A DNA stretch of 64,000 nt from positions 32,054,001 through 32,118,000 of the forward strand of contig OX597836.1 of the NCBI GenBank assembly GCA_951406725.2, written 5' to 3'. Below, piece after piece: positions 12,582-25,559 of this stretch. Position 1 is the first letter of the stretch, and each line of letters starts with the position of its first letter. The stretch is from Octopus vulgaris. Taxonomy: Eukaryota. Position numbers and translations under genes: made by a program. A model generated the notes under the pieces. That model had not been told where the DNA came from, ran no database searches, and was given only the letters and a program-made list of their open reading frames with translations.

Positions 12582-13295
12582 TCATCATCATCATCATCAT
12601 TGTTTAACGACTGCTTTCCATGCTAGCATGGGTTGGACGATTTGACTGAAAACTGGTGAACCAGATGGTTGCACCAGGCTCAATCTGATCTGGCAGATTT
12701 TCTACAGCTAGATGCCCTTCCTAATGCCAACCATTCCAAGAGTGTAGTGGGTGCTTTTACAAGCTCCCAGGCATGAAGGCCAGTTAGGCAGTACTGGCAA
12801 CAGTGACGCTCAAATGCTGTTTTTTGTGTGCCACTGGCACAGGAGCCAGTCCAGTGGTACTGGCAACAACCTCACTCGAATGTCTTTTCACGTGCCACTG
12901 GCACAAGTGTCAGTAAGGCGATGCTGGTAATGATCACGCTCGAATGGTGATCTTTACATGCCACCAGCATTGAAGCCAGTTTGCTGCTCTGGCAACGATC
13001 ACACTTGGATGGTGCTCTGAGCGTTCCAGTAGCTCGGATGCCAGTCATCAAATTTGGTTTCAATTTCACTTGACTCAACAGGTCTTTGCAAGCAGAGTTT
13101 AGTGTCCAATGAAGGAAAGGTATGCTTAAGTGGGCTGGTTAAATCCCTGACATAGGCTACGAGATTATGGTCTCACTTGGCTTGCCGGTCTTCTCAAGCA
13201 CAGCATATTTCCAAAGCTCCCGGTCACTAGTCATTGCCTCGGTGAGGCCTAATGTTCGAATGTTCAACACCTCATCCCAGGTCATGCTGGGTCTC
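12582..13295 (-). mobile_element. RTE LINE 3' end (ORF C-terminus, 3' UTR with ~50-bp internal repeats, (GAT)n tail)
   Basis: Minus-strand translation RPSMTWDEVL..RTLGLTEAMTSDRELWKYAV resembles the RTE C-terminal GRPxxTW...DRxxW motif. Confidence 0.75.
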
Positions 13296-13362
13296 TCTCT
13301 CTCTATATATATATGGAATATTTACTATGAAGCATTGTGTAGAGAGTATTGTATAAAGGATC

Positions 13363-13503
13363 GTGGGTAAGGCCAAAACAATGAGAAGTAAATGCAAGGC
13401 AAATCACAAGAAAACAAATATGTGAATTAATGTAGACTTACTTTTTATTCAAAATTTCGGGGTTATGACCCCATTATCTTTGCATTGTTTTGGCCTTACC
13501 CAC
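13363..13503. repeat. Short cassette with 21-bp inverted ends and a truncated HHR-like motif on the minus strand
   Basis: GTGGGTAAGGCCAAAACAATG...CATTGTTTTGGCCTTACCCAC; minus strand reads GATAAT-GGGGT cata ACCCC-GAAA-TTT. Confidence 0.55.
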
Positions 13504-13763
13504 AATATATATATATATCACTGTGATCACCATGACCGACTAGGTTATCAGATGTTGCTACACATCGCTGGTCACAATGCGCTTCGCATTGTTTTAGCTA
13601 CCCCACTGGCTAAGGGAGCAGGCCAACAGAAGAAAGCATGAGAAAAAGTTGTGGCGAAGGAGTACAGCAGGGATCGCCACCACCCCCTGCCGGAACCTCA
13701 TGGAGCTTTAGGTGTTTTCGCTCAATATACACTCACAACGCTCGGTCTGGGAATCGAAATTGC

Positions 13764-13824
<61 letters not shown>

Positions 13825-14116
13825 ATGGCAATATTAAAAATAAGGATTGCTCTGAAGTAGCAATAGCATTATCTTTAATTCAATAATTATATATCGACTT
13901 TTAAGACAAACACATGTTGCAATTGCAACCCTTCTATAAAACAGTGCAGTTTCTTCAGAGTCTTAATTTGATATCCCTCGATATGGCCATTTAATGATTT
14001 TCTTTTATAAACTCTGCGTTGCACAATTCAGAACTGTCCATTAAGTCAGACACGAACAATCTCAATTTCAAGTTCTTATTGGATAATCATTTTCAGTCCA
14101 TTGTTTCAGAAACTTA

Positions 14117-14549
14117 CTCTTTTACTCTTTTATTCTTTTACTTGTTTTAGTCATTTGACTGTGGCCATGCTGGAGCACCAGCTTTCGTTGAGCAAATCGA
14201 CCCCAGGACTTATTCTTTGTAGGTTTAGCACTTATTCTATCAGTCTCTTTTGCCAAACCACTAAGTTACAGGGACGTAAACACACCAGCATTGGTTGTCA
14301 AGCGATGTTGGGGGGACAAACACATACACAAACACACACACACACACACCCACACACACACACACACATATATATAAATATACAACGGGCTTCTTTCAGT
14401 TTCTGTCTATCGAATCCACTCACAAAGCTTTGGTTGTCCTGAGGCTATTGTAGAAGGCATTTGTCCAATGTGTCATGCAGTGGGACTGAACTCAGAACCA
14501 TGTAGTTGGTAAGCAAGCTACTTACCTCACAGCCACTCTAACACCTGCA
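14117..14549 (-). mobile_element. SINE family A
   Basis: Full-length reverse-complement copy. Confidence 0.9.
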
Positions 14550-14568
14550 TAGTTTAAATGATCATTGT

Positions 14569-15930
14569 TCATTTATACTTCACAAACGTGAATTTTCTCA
14601 TGTGCAGGCATCTCAATGCTTGCTCCTGTCTAGAATTTATTGCATAACCCTTGGATGGGAAAATCCCGTAAAATTCTTCTAAACAGGTCAGATCTATTGA
14701 TTCCATGTCTGCATGGTTTTGCACTGCAAATTAATTGCCATTTAATCATATAGTCCTTGTTACTGTCCTTAAAGGACCAGATTAATTTTCTAAGACTCGT
14801 TTGGAAACTTTTATTTTTGTCTTTAAATGAACTCAAATGATTTGCCCGTCTCCTCTTGAAACTTAATGATGTCCCACCAATGTAAAAGAATTTCTTACCC
14901 TCAGATGTCACTATACATCTACATATTACCTTTTCAGTTTTACACTTATTTCCCACAAAACAGAATTACCTATTTCTTTACTACCCACAAGGGACTAAAC
15001 ACAGAGAGGACAAACAAGGACAGACAAACGGATGAAGTTGATTATATCGACCCCAGTGCATAACTGGTACTTATTTAATTGACCCCGAAAGGATGAAAGG
15101 CTAAGTCAACCTTAGCGGAATTTCAACTCAGAACATAACGACAGATGAAATACCTATTTCTTTACTATCCACAAGGGGCTAAACACAGAGAGGCCAAACA
15201 AGGACAGACAAATGGATGAAGTCGATTATATCGACCCCAGTGCGTAACTGGTACTTATTTAATCGACCCCGAAAGGATGAAAGGCAAAGTCGACCTTGGC
15301 GGAATTTGAACTCAGAACGTAGCGACAGACGAAATTCCGCTAAGCATTTTGCCCAGTGTGCTAACGATTCTGCCAGCTCGCCACCTTATCATAACAGGAT
15401 TACCATTAAAAACAATTGCAAAGATAGCCTTTTATATTTCCCTTAGATTTAGTTTCAATTTGATCATTCATTGTAGAATTAAATTCATTCCCGCCAAGTT
15501 CTTTATTACTATTTGCTCCTTATGATACCATTATTTTTGTTCTTTTTCTAGCTGAATTTTTATTTGATTTGACATTATTATTAATGTTAAATTGAGTTGT
15601 TTCCCTTTCCACAACATTTAATTTCTTAGCGTTCCCTTCTATTTGGGTTTCTTTATTCCGTTTGATGTTATTATGTTTTGAATTTATTATGCCATTCTGA
15701 TTGTAATCACGTTTTTGAAATTTAGATATTATTTTAACATCATGTGCTGCTATAATTTGTGCAATATTATGGCTGAGACAATAACCCGATATAATCTCAT
15801 GTCAATTAAAAATGTAATATTTGTGGTTTCTTGGAAAATATTTTTTAAATTGCCATATTAAAAACAATTTGGAAAAATTGTAATTGACCTGTAACCACAT
15901 GGAATGATTAACCATAAAGTATACTTCGAG
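14569..15930 (-). pseudogene. Penelope-like retroelement (Naiad-like) RT-EN linker and GIY-YIG endonuclease, interrupted by SINE B copies
   Basis: FKKYFPRNHKYYIFN..GYCLSHNIAQIIAAH (~15730-15860), CNC (~15410), then CFVGNKCKTEKVICRC..FYIGGTSLSFKRRRANHLSSF..TSLRKLIW..IKW, frameshift, LEEF..INSRQE..RCLHMRKF..* ending at 14569. Confidence 0.8.
14968..15389 (-). mobile_element. SINE family B, partial tandem dimer
   Basis: Two head-to-tail copies; flanks AACAG(A/G)ATTACC resemble a target-site duplication. Confidence 0.85.
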
Positions 15931-16237
15931 TTAAGATCATAATTTTGATGTTTATACCCATTTTTCAAAGGAGTAAGTTTTCTCTGATTTTGATCCAGTT
16001 AGCATTTATTTTACTTTTATTTTTAATCTTTAAATCTTTTAGCTGATTTTATATAAAAAGAATTTGAGATTTTATTAGAGAATACTACATCCTCATTTGC
16101 ATTAGCAGTAGGACAATTTTTAACCCTGTTATCAACAATCTCACAATTTTTCCTTTTGTTATAAATATATATATAAATATATATATATATTGTTAGCCAC
16201 TACACGCATTTTTTCTCTCCTTGTTTTTTCTGTGTCC

Positions 16238-16273
16238 CTTTCTGTAGAAGAGCGTAGGCTCGAAACGTAAAAG
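16238..16273 (+). ncRNA. Minimal hammerhead-like motif (CUGUAGA core variant) in cassette 16190-16365
   Basis: CTTT-CTGTAGA-A-GAGC gtag GCTC-GAAA-CG-TA-AAAG; decayed sister copy on the minus strand at 24582-24616. Confidence 0.6.
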
Positions 16274-16481
16274 ACTTTTTCTCTCCTGAGCGTTATACTA
16301 ATACATCTGTTTGCTTTGTACACCGCCTGTCTTTGTCTTTTGTTTTTTTCGTAAACTCTCCCTATATATAGTTGATGAAATAAGTACCAGTTAGTCACTG
16401 GGGTTAATGTAACTGACTTACCCCTTCCCCCAAAATTACTAGCTTTGTGCCAAAATTTAAAATCATCATTAAAAAGGAAAG

Positions 16482-16700
16482 TGAGGTGGTGAGCTGGCAG
16501 AATTGTTAGCATGCTGGACAGAATGCTTAGCAGTATTTCGCCTGTTATTATGTTCTGAGTTCAAATTCCACTGAAGTCAACTTTACCTTTCATCCTTTCA
16601 GGGTTGATGAATTAAGTACCAGTTATGTACTGGAGTCGATGTAATTGACTCATCCCCCTCCCCTAAATTTCAGGCCTTGTGCCTATACTAGAAAGGATTA
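16482..16700 (+). mobile_element. SINE family B
   Basis: GAGCTGGCAGAA head and CCTTTCATCCTTTCAGGG core. Confidence 0.8.
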
Positions 16701-17391
16701 TTAGTAATAGCAGTAGTTGTAGAAATAATGGTGGTAGTAGCTGCAGTAGTAGGAGATGTAGCAACAGCAGCAACTGCTATAGTAGTATAATAGTAGTAGT
16801 AACAGTAGCAGCAATAATAAACTACAGGGTTAGTAGTCTGATGTCCATCTACTACCCACATCAGCTTTATATGTTCAATCAGTTCATTCATTCATTCATT
16901 CAACAAATTCTGTTTCGGAAAATATCAATGAAACACCAGCATCGAAATACAAACAACAAGAGCTCTGAGCCAACTACAATGTGCAAAGCAGGAAGACAGA
17001 AAGACATCAACATATGATGGTTATATTACAGCAGAGTAAAAGCAAATACTTTGAAGTTGTGGTTTATGACAAGCAGGCTGTTGAATGTCACGTTAGGGAA
17101 CTGTTAACTGCAGAAGCTTTCTTATGGAAAGTCTATGATCTGCTTTAAGCCGTATTGGGTAGTGGAGGAAGATTAAAGGGAAATACATTTTAGCCATGAA
17201 TGAACAGTTGTGTTAAGCAAGGTTATGCACTGTTTCGATGCTCATTGGGATGTTTATGGTGTTTATGCTGCAATGCTTGTTTGAACAATCGATAAATGAT
17301 GGATAAACATTGTTCTTTCTCCCACAAAAACATACATGCACAAAACAGACACGTGCAGACCTACACACATGTATGTATGTATATATAAATA

Positions 17392-17450
<59 letters not shown>

Positions 17451-17667
17451 TTGTGTAAATGTATATATGTTGGTAGATTAATATATATGTGCATACATAT
17501 GAGTATATGTATATTTATGTGTGTGTATATATATATATATATGCATGTGTATAGTATGTTTATATTAAATATCAATTTATGTATATGAATGTAAATGTAT
17601 GTATATATGTATGCCTATATATCTATATATATATATACATACATACATACATACATACATACATACA

Positions 17668-17716
<49 letters not shown>

Positions 17717-17959
17717 TTGAAAGTCTATGAGGAATACTTAATATAGATTTTGAAGTGTAAAGGTGATTTTTAAAAAAATGTTATGAAATCTCTTATGAGG
17801 ATTTTTTAGAAGAATTTTTTTTTCTAGTGTGTGAGTACTTTTGTTAAACTTTTTTCAAACACACATGCTCTTTAAGAGGAAGATGTTACTTTTGTGATAG
17901 TGGTAGTATTATTTTCAAACTTATGGTTTTACTATTGTCTATTATATGGAATGTAGGCT

Positions 17960-18400
17960 GTTTGGGCTTTAATTTCAGATTTAAAATTCTTATAAATTAT
18001 CTTTCTTTTGTCTATCATAGTTGTATGTTTTCACTGGCTATTTTGTAAAATGGTAATATTTTAAATTTTCCATTTGTATAGATATCTATGAGTTCACTTC
18101 ATGCGACATTCTGAAGACATGAATCCCAAATTTGTTGTTTATGTACATTCACACAGCTAGTCAGTTTCCTTCATGTCTCCCCAATGTAGTTTCCATTACA
18201 TTCTGGGCATTTGACTCAGTAGATGAGGTTTTTGTTTTGCAATTCATGCATGCATTCACTTTTAATTCCTTCCCATTCTCGAATCTTTTGGTTGTCCCTT
18301 GCTCAATCAATTCACATGCCCCACAATGGGGGTCTCCACAGTTGGTTACTTGCATCATTTCTTTTGTTCAAATGTGAATTTCACCTTTGTTAGGAGTCTC
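17960..18400 (-). pseudogene. Penelope-like retroelement (Neptune-like) Zn-linker and GIY-YIG endonuclease remnant
   Basis: VTNCGDPHCGACELI..KVNACMNCKTK, frameshift, NLIY*VKCPECNGNYIGET*RKL..VNVHKQQI..FKILPFYKI. Confidence 0.8.
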
Positions 18401-18556
18401 TTGAAGTTAGGTGGTTGTATTCAACTGTTGTGATTTTTTATTATTCTTTGGAGAGTTGGTGATTGATGTAGATTTGGAAGGTATCATATGACTGAGTGCA
18501 GGATGTTGTGGTTTCTAGGACTGTGGGTTACTACAAATGGAATATTTGTATTTGTA

Positions 18557-18611
<55 letters not shown>

Positions 18612-18761
18612 TATATATACATATATATATAGTTATTGATGTGTGCAACAAACTACCATTCAAAAAGCTGGGCTCAGTATTTGACTACATCAAACTCTCC
18701 CCACACCAGTGTAATACAGTCAGTGATGCCTCAATATTGATTAAGGCAATAATGTGGCATG

Positions 18762-18968
18762 CTGGCAGAAACATCAGCATGCCGGGCGAAATGCTCAGTG
18801 GTATTTTGTCTGTCTTTACATTCTGAGTTCAAATTCCGCCAAGGTCAACTTTGCCTTTTATCCTTTCAGGGTCGATAAATTAAGTGCCACTTGCATACTG
18901 GGGTTGATCTAATTGACTGGCCACCTACCCAAAAGTTTCAGGCCTTGTGCCTTGAGTAGAAAAGAATA
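18762..18968 (+). mobile_element. SINE family B
   Basis: Colinear with the other B copies. Confidence 0.8.
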
Positions 18969-20130
18969 TTGATTAGGGCAATAAGAGCTGTTGTGTAGGG
19001 ACAAGAGCCACAAGTAGTTTAAGAGGACAGATAAAAGAAACCAGATAATTAGATATAGTCATGTGATGATGTGATCAGTAATCTATTTAATTATTGATTT
19101 TTTATTGTTGAAATCTGTGTAATCAATCATCAGAAATATCAAAGATTTATTTCATGTTTTTTTTCTTACACACACACACACACACACACAAACACACATA
19201 CACACGCACAAATAAATGTTTGTGTGTATGTGTGTGTGTGAGTTTGCGTGTGTTTATTTGTGTGTTTCTGTGTATATTTATGCATATATGCATATATATA
19301 TATTTATGTGTGTGTGTATATATATATATATATGTGTGTGTGTGTTTCTGTGTATATTTATGTGTATATGTATATATATATATTTATGTGTGTATATATA
19401 TATGAGTGTGTGTGTGTGTGTGTGTTTATTTGTGTGTTTCTGTGTATATTTATGTGTATATGCATATATATATATATTTATGTGTGTGTGTATATATATA
19501 TATGTGTGTGTGTGTGTGTATTTGTGTGTGTGCGTGTGAATGGATTGAGCAAGTGCTTTTACTACAACAGTTTACAATCGTTTCATCTGAATTTACTCTC
19601 ATCCATCTTGCAATATTATGCCATCATATCTAAGGAGGGAAGCTAGCAGAATCATCAGCATAGCAGCTGAAATATTTAGCGGCATTTTCTCAGTGTTTAC
19701 GTTTTGAGTTCAAATTCCCCCAAAGTCAACTTTGCCTGTCATCTTTTTGGGGTCAATAAAGTAAGTACCAGTCGAGTACTGGGATCCATGTAACTGACTA
19801 ATTCCCTGCTCTGATATTACTGGCCTTGTGCCAAATGTTGAAATCAATATTATACAACCATACATTCTGCCATTGATTACTCTCCGAGTGCCTTGAAGTG
19901 ACACATGTTAAATGAGATTCATCAGAATTACATATAGAAAGAATTTGAAAATTATTGTCATTATATAATCGCTGTGGATATTTGTGGATTTTCATACATT
20001 TCATAAAATTACCACTCTCCAGATTACTGTCTTGTCTGATAGCCAGTACCCATGGATGAGCTTAATAGGGTAAACGCCAGAGTTAATGCTGATATGAAAT
20101 TATTATATATGTGTAGGTGCATATAAATTC

Positions 20131-20163
<33 letters not shown>

Positions 20164-20221
20164 CAGACGCATATATAATTATATATATATGCATAGGTAC
20201 ATACATACACATATTTATATA

Positions 20222-20253
<32 letters not shown>

Positions 20254-20396
20254 CATACACATCCATACACATACACATATATGACTTTTGCATTTCATTT
20301 GCAAGATAAATGAACAGGAATAAGTAAAAATATGAGGCAACAGGAATAAGTTTTAACAAAGCTATTGGTTTAATGCTTGAAGGGGAAAAGAAAATG

Positions 20397-20433
20397 TCTT
20401 AACATTTTGGACATTAGTCCCCTCATCAGAAAA
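20397..20433 (-). ncRNA. Decayed minimal hammerhead motif
   Basis: Minus strand TTTT-CTGATGA-GG-GGAC taat GTCC-AAAA-TG-TT-AAGA; the deviations from GAAA-CG are CpG-type transitions. Confidence 0.5.
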
Positions 20434-20632
20434 GCGAAAAAGAGGAAAGGTATTAGGAAGGTTGAACGAGTATATACAGTATGTATACATATGTCTGTCT
20501 GCATGTGTGTTTGTGCATGTGTATATATATATATATATATATACATACATATATATATATATAAAAATGGTAAGACAACAAAAAAATGAAAGAAACCTTG
20601 ATATTATGTAAATAGATGAATTTATAAGACAG

Positions 20633-20663
<31 letters not shown>

Positions 20664-21114
20664 TTTATTAACTTTAATGGTAATGCTTATTCTGTTTCAG
20701 ATTCCAATTCTATTGTGAATTCTCATGAAATAATTCCACTTTAATAAAACATGATCTGGTTTTGGTGATATTGCAAACGTCTAACTTGATAATTTTGATC
20801 AATGTAAAAAAGTTCATTGTGTGACAACTAAGAAGTTTTTGATAATCTGTTTTCTTATTTTTCAGTTAATTTGATAAATTCTTGAAAAATAGCTAATTTT
20901 CAAATTTCTTACTCTTTTTTTCTTTTTAGATTTATATATATTTTTTCTGTACTGGCTTTAGTTTATTATTTGAATTTTGCATTCTAGAAAAATATGCGTT
21001 ATTTTTGGAAATTTTTTTGTTTTGTTTTATGAAATTATTTTTGGATTTATATATTATCTGTCTGTTTTTTGGTTGGACATCAAGAAAGAGAATAACAGCA
21101 ACAATGACGATGAT

Positions 21115-21163
<49 letters not shown>

Positions 21164-21533
21164 AATGATGATGATGATGATGATAATGATGATGATGATG
21201 GTGATGATGACAGTGATGGTGCTGCTGCTCATGATGGTGATGGCGACAGTAGTGGTGGTGGTGATGACGATGATTATGATGATACTAATGCTGGTGAATA
21301 CAGAATATTTATCTTTTTCTAAACAGTTTGAGGAAGAACTTAAAATAAAAGTGAAAATAATTTCACAGCCAAGCAACAAATGGCAATTTGGCCTTGGAAC
21401 AAGGAGATATCTACGTGGCATTTCAATCTATTAGAATTAATTCTAATGGAGTGATGTCTAATGACTCAAAGAATATATTTTATTCTCATTACCTTTCTTA
21501 CCCAATGTATATCATTATATGTACACACATATG

Positions 21534-21564
<31 letters not shown>

Positions 21565-22181
21565 GTGTGTGTGTGTGAAGGGGCATGGCTTCAGCAACTC
21601 AGCACTGAATCTGTCTGAAATGTAAACGGAAAATAGATCAGTTTTAAAACATTGATGTCAGGGTCACAAAAGCAAAGTTTGAAGGGAATAGTAGTCATTT
21701 CCTTTGATTTCTAGACAGAAGAAAATAGGAAGTACCACTTACTAAGTAAAAAAGTAAAAAAAAGCTTAAAAAAAAAAAAAAAAATGGGGGGAAACCCCCC
21801 AAAAAACAAAAACAAAATTTTGTTTCACAGTTATATCAATGTCACATTGTTTATGTTTTGTTTATACACTTATTAGATGTGGGATAGGGTTCTATGAAAT
21901 GCCTCTTCATGATGCTGAGTTAAAAAAAAAAAAGATGAATATCTCAGACCAAGTGAGACAACTCATCCTATAGATGAACAAGAATGGGGGATATCAATGT
22001 TTCACTGTCTTTCATCTCATCAGTATTATACACTCGAATCACCCCCAAAATGGACCAAACTTGCTGTTCTGAGGTTTATATGCAAACAGTGTAAAGTTTA
22101 TTTGGTGATGTGCTGTAGCATAGCACAAGTAAACCAAAACTATATATATATATATACATATACACACACACACACACACAC

Positions 22182-22312
<131 letters not shown>

Positions 22313-22469
22313 CATATATATATACTTATATATATATATATATATGCACACACACACATACATTTGATTAATGAGAGAGACGTTCTTTACTGGTAAGCTA
22401 GCAGGTGTATACCATACAATATATCATCCAATAGCTATTCTTATCTATCCTAGTTTTAGGATGTATGGT

Positions 22470-22600
22470 TATGACAAGCAGAGGAATGCCTGATTCAATT
22501 TTTATTGTCAAAGCTGTCACAGAAGAATTACAAAGAGAATGAGTTGCTTCTTGGGTTTGTTAATCTGTAGAAGGCTTTTGATAGTTTTCCCCATCAAAGT
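22470..22600 (+). pseudogene. Highly decayed RTE-type reverse transcriptase fragment
   Basis: RGMPDSIFIV...FVNL*KAFD resembles RT motifs RGTTDAIF and FVDLEKAFD. Confidence 0.45.
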
Positions 22601-23025
22601 TAGCAAGTTTAGAAGGGAAAAATGAGTTAGAGTAGTTATGCTGATGTATGATGGAGCTGAGGTTGGAAAGGCTGTTGAATTAGATCATGGAATCGGTGTG
22701 AAGTTAGAAAACCTGTAAAGTTGTGTATGATATGGTTTATGGGTATGATACCTGGGTAATGAATGCTGAGTTGTATAGAAGGCTGGGATATGCAGAAAGA
22801 AGAATGGTTTGGTTGTGAGCAGAGTGTCACTGAATGAGAGGAATAGAAAATGAATTATGGAGACTGCCACATAAAAAGCGCCCATACTGGTGCCATGTAA
22901 AAAATATTGGTGCTGTGCCACAGACAAAGCACCCATGCTGGTGCCACATATAATGTACCTGTGCTGGTGCCACATACAGAGCATCTGTGCTGGCTCCATG
23001 TAAGAAGTACTTGTGTGTGTGTGTA

Positions 23026-23057
<32 letters not shown>

Positions 23058-24312
23058 TGTGTGTGTGTGTGTGTGAGAGTTTATCTCCCACCATCTTAAT
23101 TCTATGTTTGACTTCCACCACCACCATAACCACCACCACCATCCCCACTGCCACCACTTAGCAACAAGTGTTGGTGTGTTCATGTCCTGTAACTGAGCAG
23201 GTCAGCAAAAGAGACTGATAGAACAAGTGCCAGGCTTAAACAAAATTAATATAAATATTGGGGTCAATTCATTTGACTAAAATCCTTGAAGGTGGTGCCC
23301 CAGCATGACCACAGTCTAATGACTGAAGCATATCAAAAGACACTAGAAAAAAAGCATAAAAACAAGGATAAGTTATTTCCTTCGTTGCTTAAATTCATCA
23401 ATCTCTTGATATATTTATTCATTCTTGTCAATCACAGAAATCTTACTCTAGCTTACATCTTTCACTAAACTGTTCTCAGATCATAAATATATTCAAAATT
23501 ATTTGTTAGACTGTTAGGAATATTTTTTTATCGAAAAGCAAACAGATTCTGTTGAATTATGTATCAATAGAACATATATTTAGACATTAATTAAATCTAT
23601 ATCTACACTATATAGAACCAATGCATGGTTTAGTATCTCTATTTACACATATAATTGTATAAATATAACTATATATTAAATATACTACTTATACAAATCA
23701 TTAACTTACAGCTGTCAGCTATAGTTTTCTTTTTCTTTTAAATGGGAGAATTTTCTATGCTTATTCCTAAGTGCATTCATATATTATAAGTCAATATCGT
23801 GTTATGTTAAAAGACATTTTTCTTAGTTCTGCATTAAAGCCATAAGTCTAAAAGTATGTCTCTATTACCAAATGTATATATTTCTTAAGTATTAAAATTC
23901 TTAAACAAAATGCAGACAAACTAAAAGATATGAAATAAGTGCTTCAGAGGAAAAATAAAAAAAAGACATGGTCACCATTGTAGGTTGAATGCATTAACTA
24001 TTAACTTACAAGAAAAATGTTATAAATATATAAACACTTCATCAGACTTTCTGAATGGGAAAAATGCAAAGTTTTTCATTTGTCTTCGATTTGTATCTTC
24101 TAGACATGTGCATGCATGTATATGTGTGTGTGAATGTGTGTGTATGTGTGTATGTGTGTGCATATGTGTGTGAGTGTGTGCATGTCTTTGTACGTATGTG
24201 TATGTCTGTGGGTGCATGTATCTACCACATACAAAGCTTATCTTCTCTGATTTATATATGTGTGTGAGTGTATTTTACACATGCAGGCACACACAGACGC
24301 ACACACACACAT

Positions 24313-24410
24313 ATTAATTAATATTTAGCAGAAATAACAGAGTAGCTCAAGGCATGAGAGTTTAATATGTTGGCACTTATCGAACTTTGTTACTTCTGCT
24401 AAATATTAAT
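24313..24410. repeat. Short fold-back cassette
   Basis: TTAATATTTAGCAGAAATAACAGAGT...ACTTTGTTACTTCTGCTAAATATTAA. Confidence 0.6.
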
Positions 24411-24490
24411 AAAAAATATACATATACTCATATTCTGGATCCTATTTTTCCTGTTTGCACCAACATATATATATATATGTATATATATAT

Positions 24491-24663
24491 AGGGAGAATT
24501 CACAAAAAAACAAAAGACAAAGACAGGTGGTGTAGACAACAAACAGATGTACTAGTATAATGTTCAGGGAGTGAAAAAGTCCTTAGCGTTTCAAGCATAC
24601 GCTCTTCCACAGAAAGAAACAAGGAAAGAAATTAAAGAATGTGTAGTGGCTAGTGATCTATCA

Positions 24664-24665
<2 letters not shown>
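24491..24665 (-). mobile_element. Minus-strand copy of the HHR-bearing cassette seen at 16190-16365
   Basis: Colinear reverse complement, flanked by (TA)n; HHR reads CTGTGGAAGAGCGTATGCTTGAAACG. Confidence 0.7.
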
Positions 24666-24729
<64 letters not shown>

Positions 24730-24999
24730 CGTCTGTCTTTACGTTCTGAGTTCAAATTCTGCTGAAGTTCACTTTGCCTTTCATCATTTCGGGGGTCGAT
24801 AGATTAAGTACCAGTTGCGTACTGCGGTCGATCTAATCGACTGGCCTCCTCCCCAAAATTTCAGCCCTCGTACCTAGAGCAGAAAAGGTGTGTATATATA
24901 TATAGTATCAATGAAATCATGTAAACATTTTTTAAACAAACAACACTAATGGGGATTTCTTATTTACTTACTGTCTTATTTTTACTTCGTATTTTCCAG

Positions 25000-25245
25000 A
25001 TGGCTGGTCACTTGACTGTTCAGGGGCGAGCTAAGGTAGCAGCATGCAGTGAAGTGTGGAATTCCATTGTTTTGTTTCAGAGATGGTGGCTTGCATGGAA
25101 AGGTAAGCATGCAACACTTTGTCTGGACGCAATAAAAAGTTGTCATGCAAAACTGATGACCACGGACTCTGTGAATGATGCAAGAAGAAGTGGCCATCCA
25201 ACCACATCCTGATCGGTGGAGAATGTGGTAACAATGCAGAAAATT
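25000..25245 (+). pseudogene. Tc1/mariner-superfamily transposase N-terminal HTH remnant
   Basis: MAGHLTVQGRAKVAA..QRWW..AIKSCHAKLMTTDSVNDARRSGHP (decayed TGSV..RSGRP motif), then stop. Confidence 0.65.
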
Positions 25246-25559
25246 CCTTACATACCTTCTTATGAGAATATAAACATCATTTAATCAAGCCGCCCTTGTC
25301 CTGAAGAGTAGCCTGTGGTTTACACCTCGCTTGGATATTTACCACTTCCAGCGTTCTGCTCACTATGAAATATATGTATCCCAAATCTTATCCACTCCAT
25401 TTCTTAACTCTCATGATGGCTGTCCATTCGTGACTGAGGAAGACCATTGCTGACCTTCAGGAACATTGTGCACTCTTGGCTATAGGGGAAGAAAAAAAAC
25501 AGCACATATCGAGCAGAGGTCAGCAATGCCTATGCAGAATTTCAGGTTCAATAAGGCTT

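Noticed and set aside
12750-13030. Regularly spaced GTGCCA..GGCAC repeats resembling a CRISPR array
   Set aside because: Internal minisatellite of the RTE 3' UTR, with homologous spacers, a eukaryotic context and no cas genes
13886-13965. Minus-strand CTGAAGA downstream of the PLE endonuclease as a possible HHR
   Set aside because: No convincing stem II followed by GAAA could be drawn
18215-18217. In-frame TGA at a position that is often Cys in the Neptune-like EN (possible selenocysteine)
   Set aside because: The relic has other stops and a frameshift, and I saw no SECIS; ordinary decay explains it
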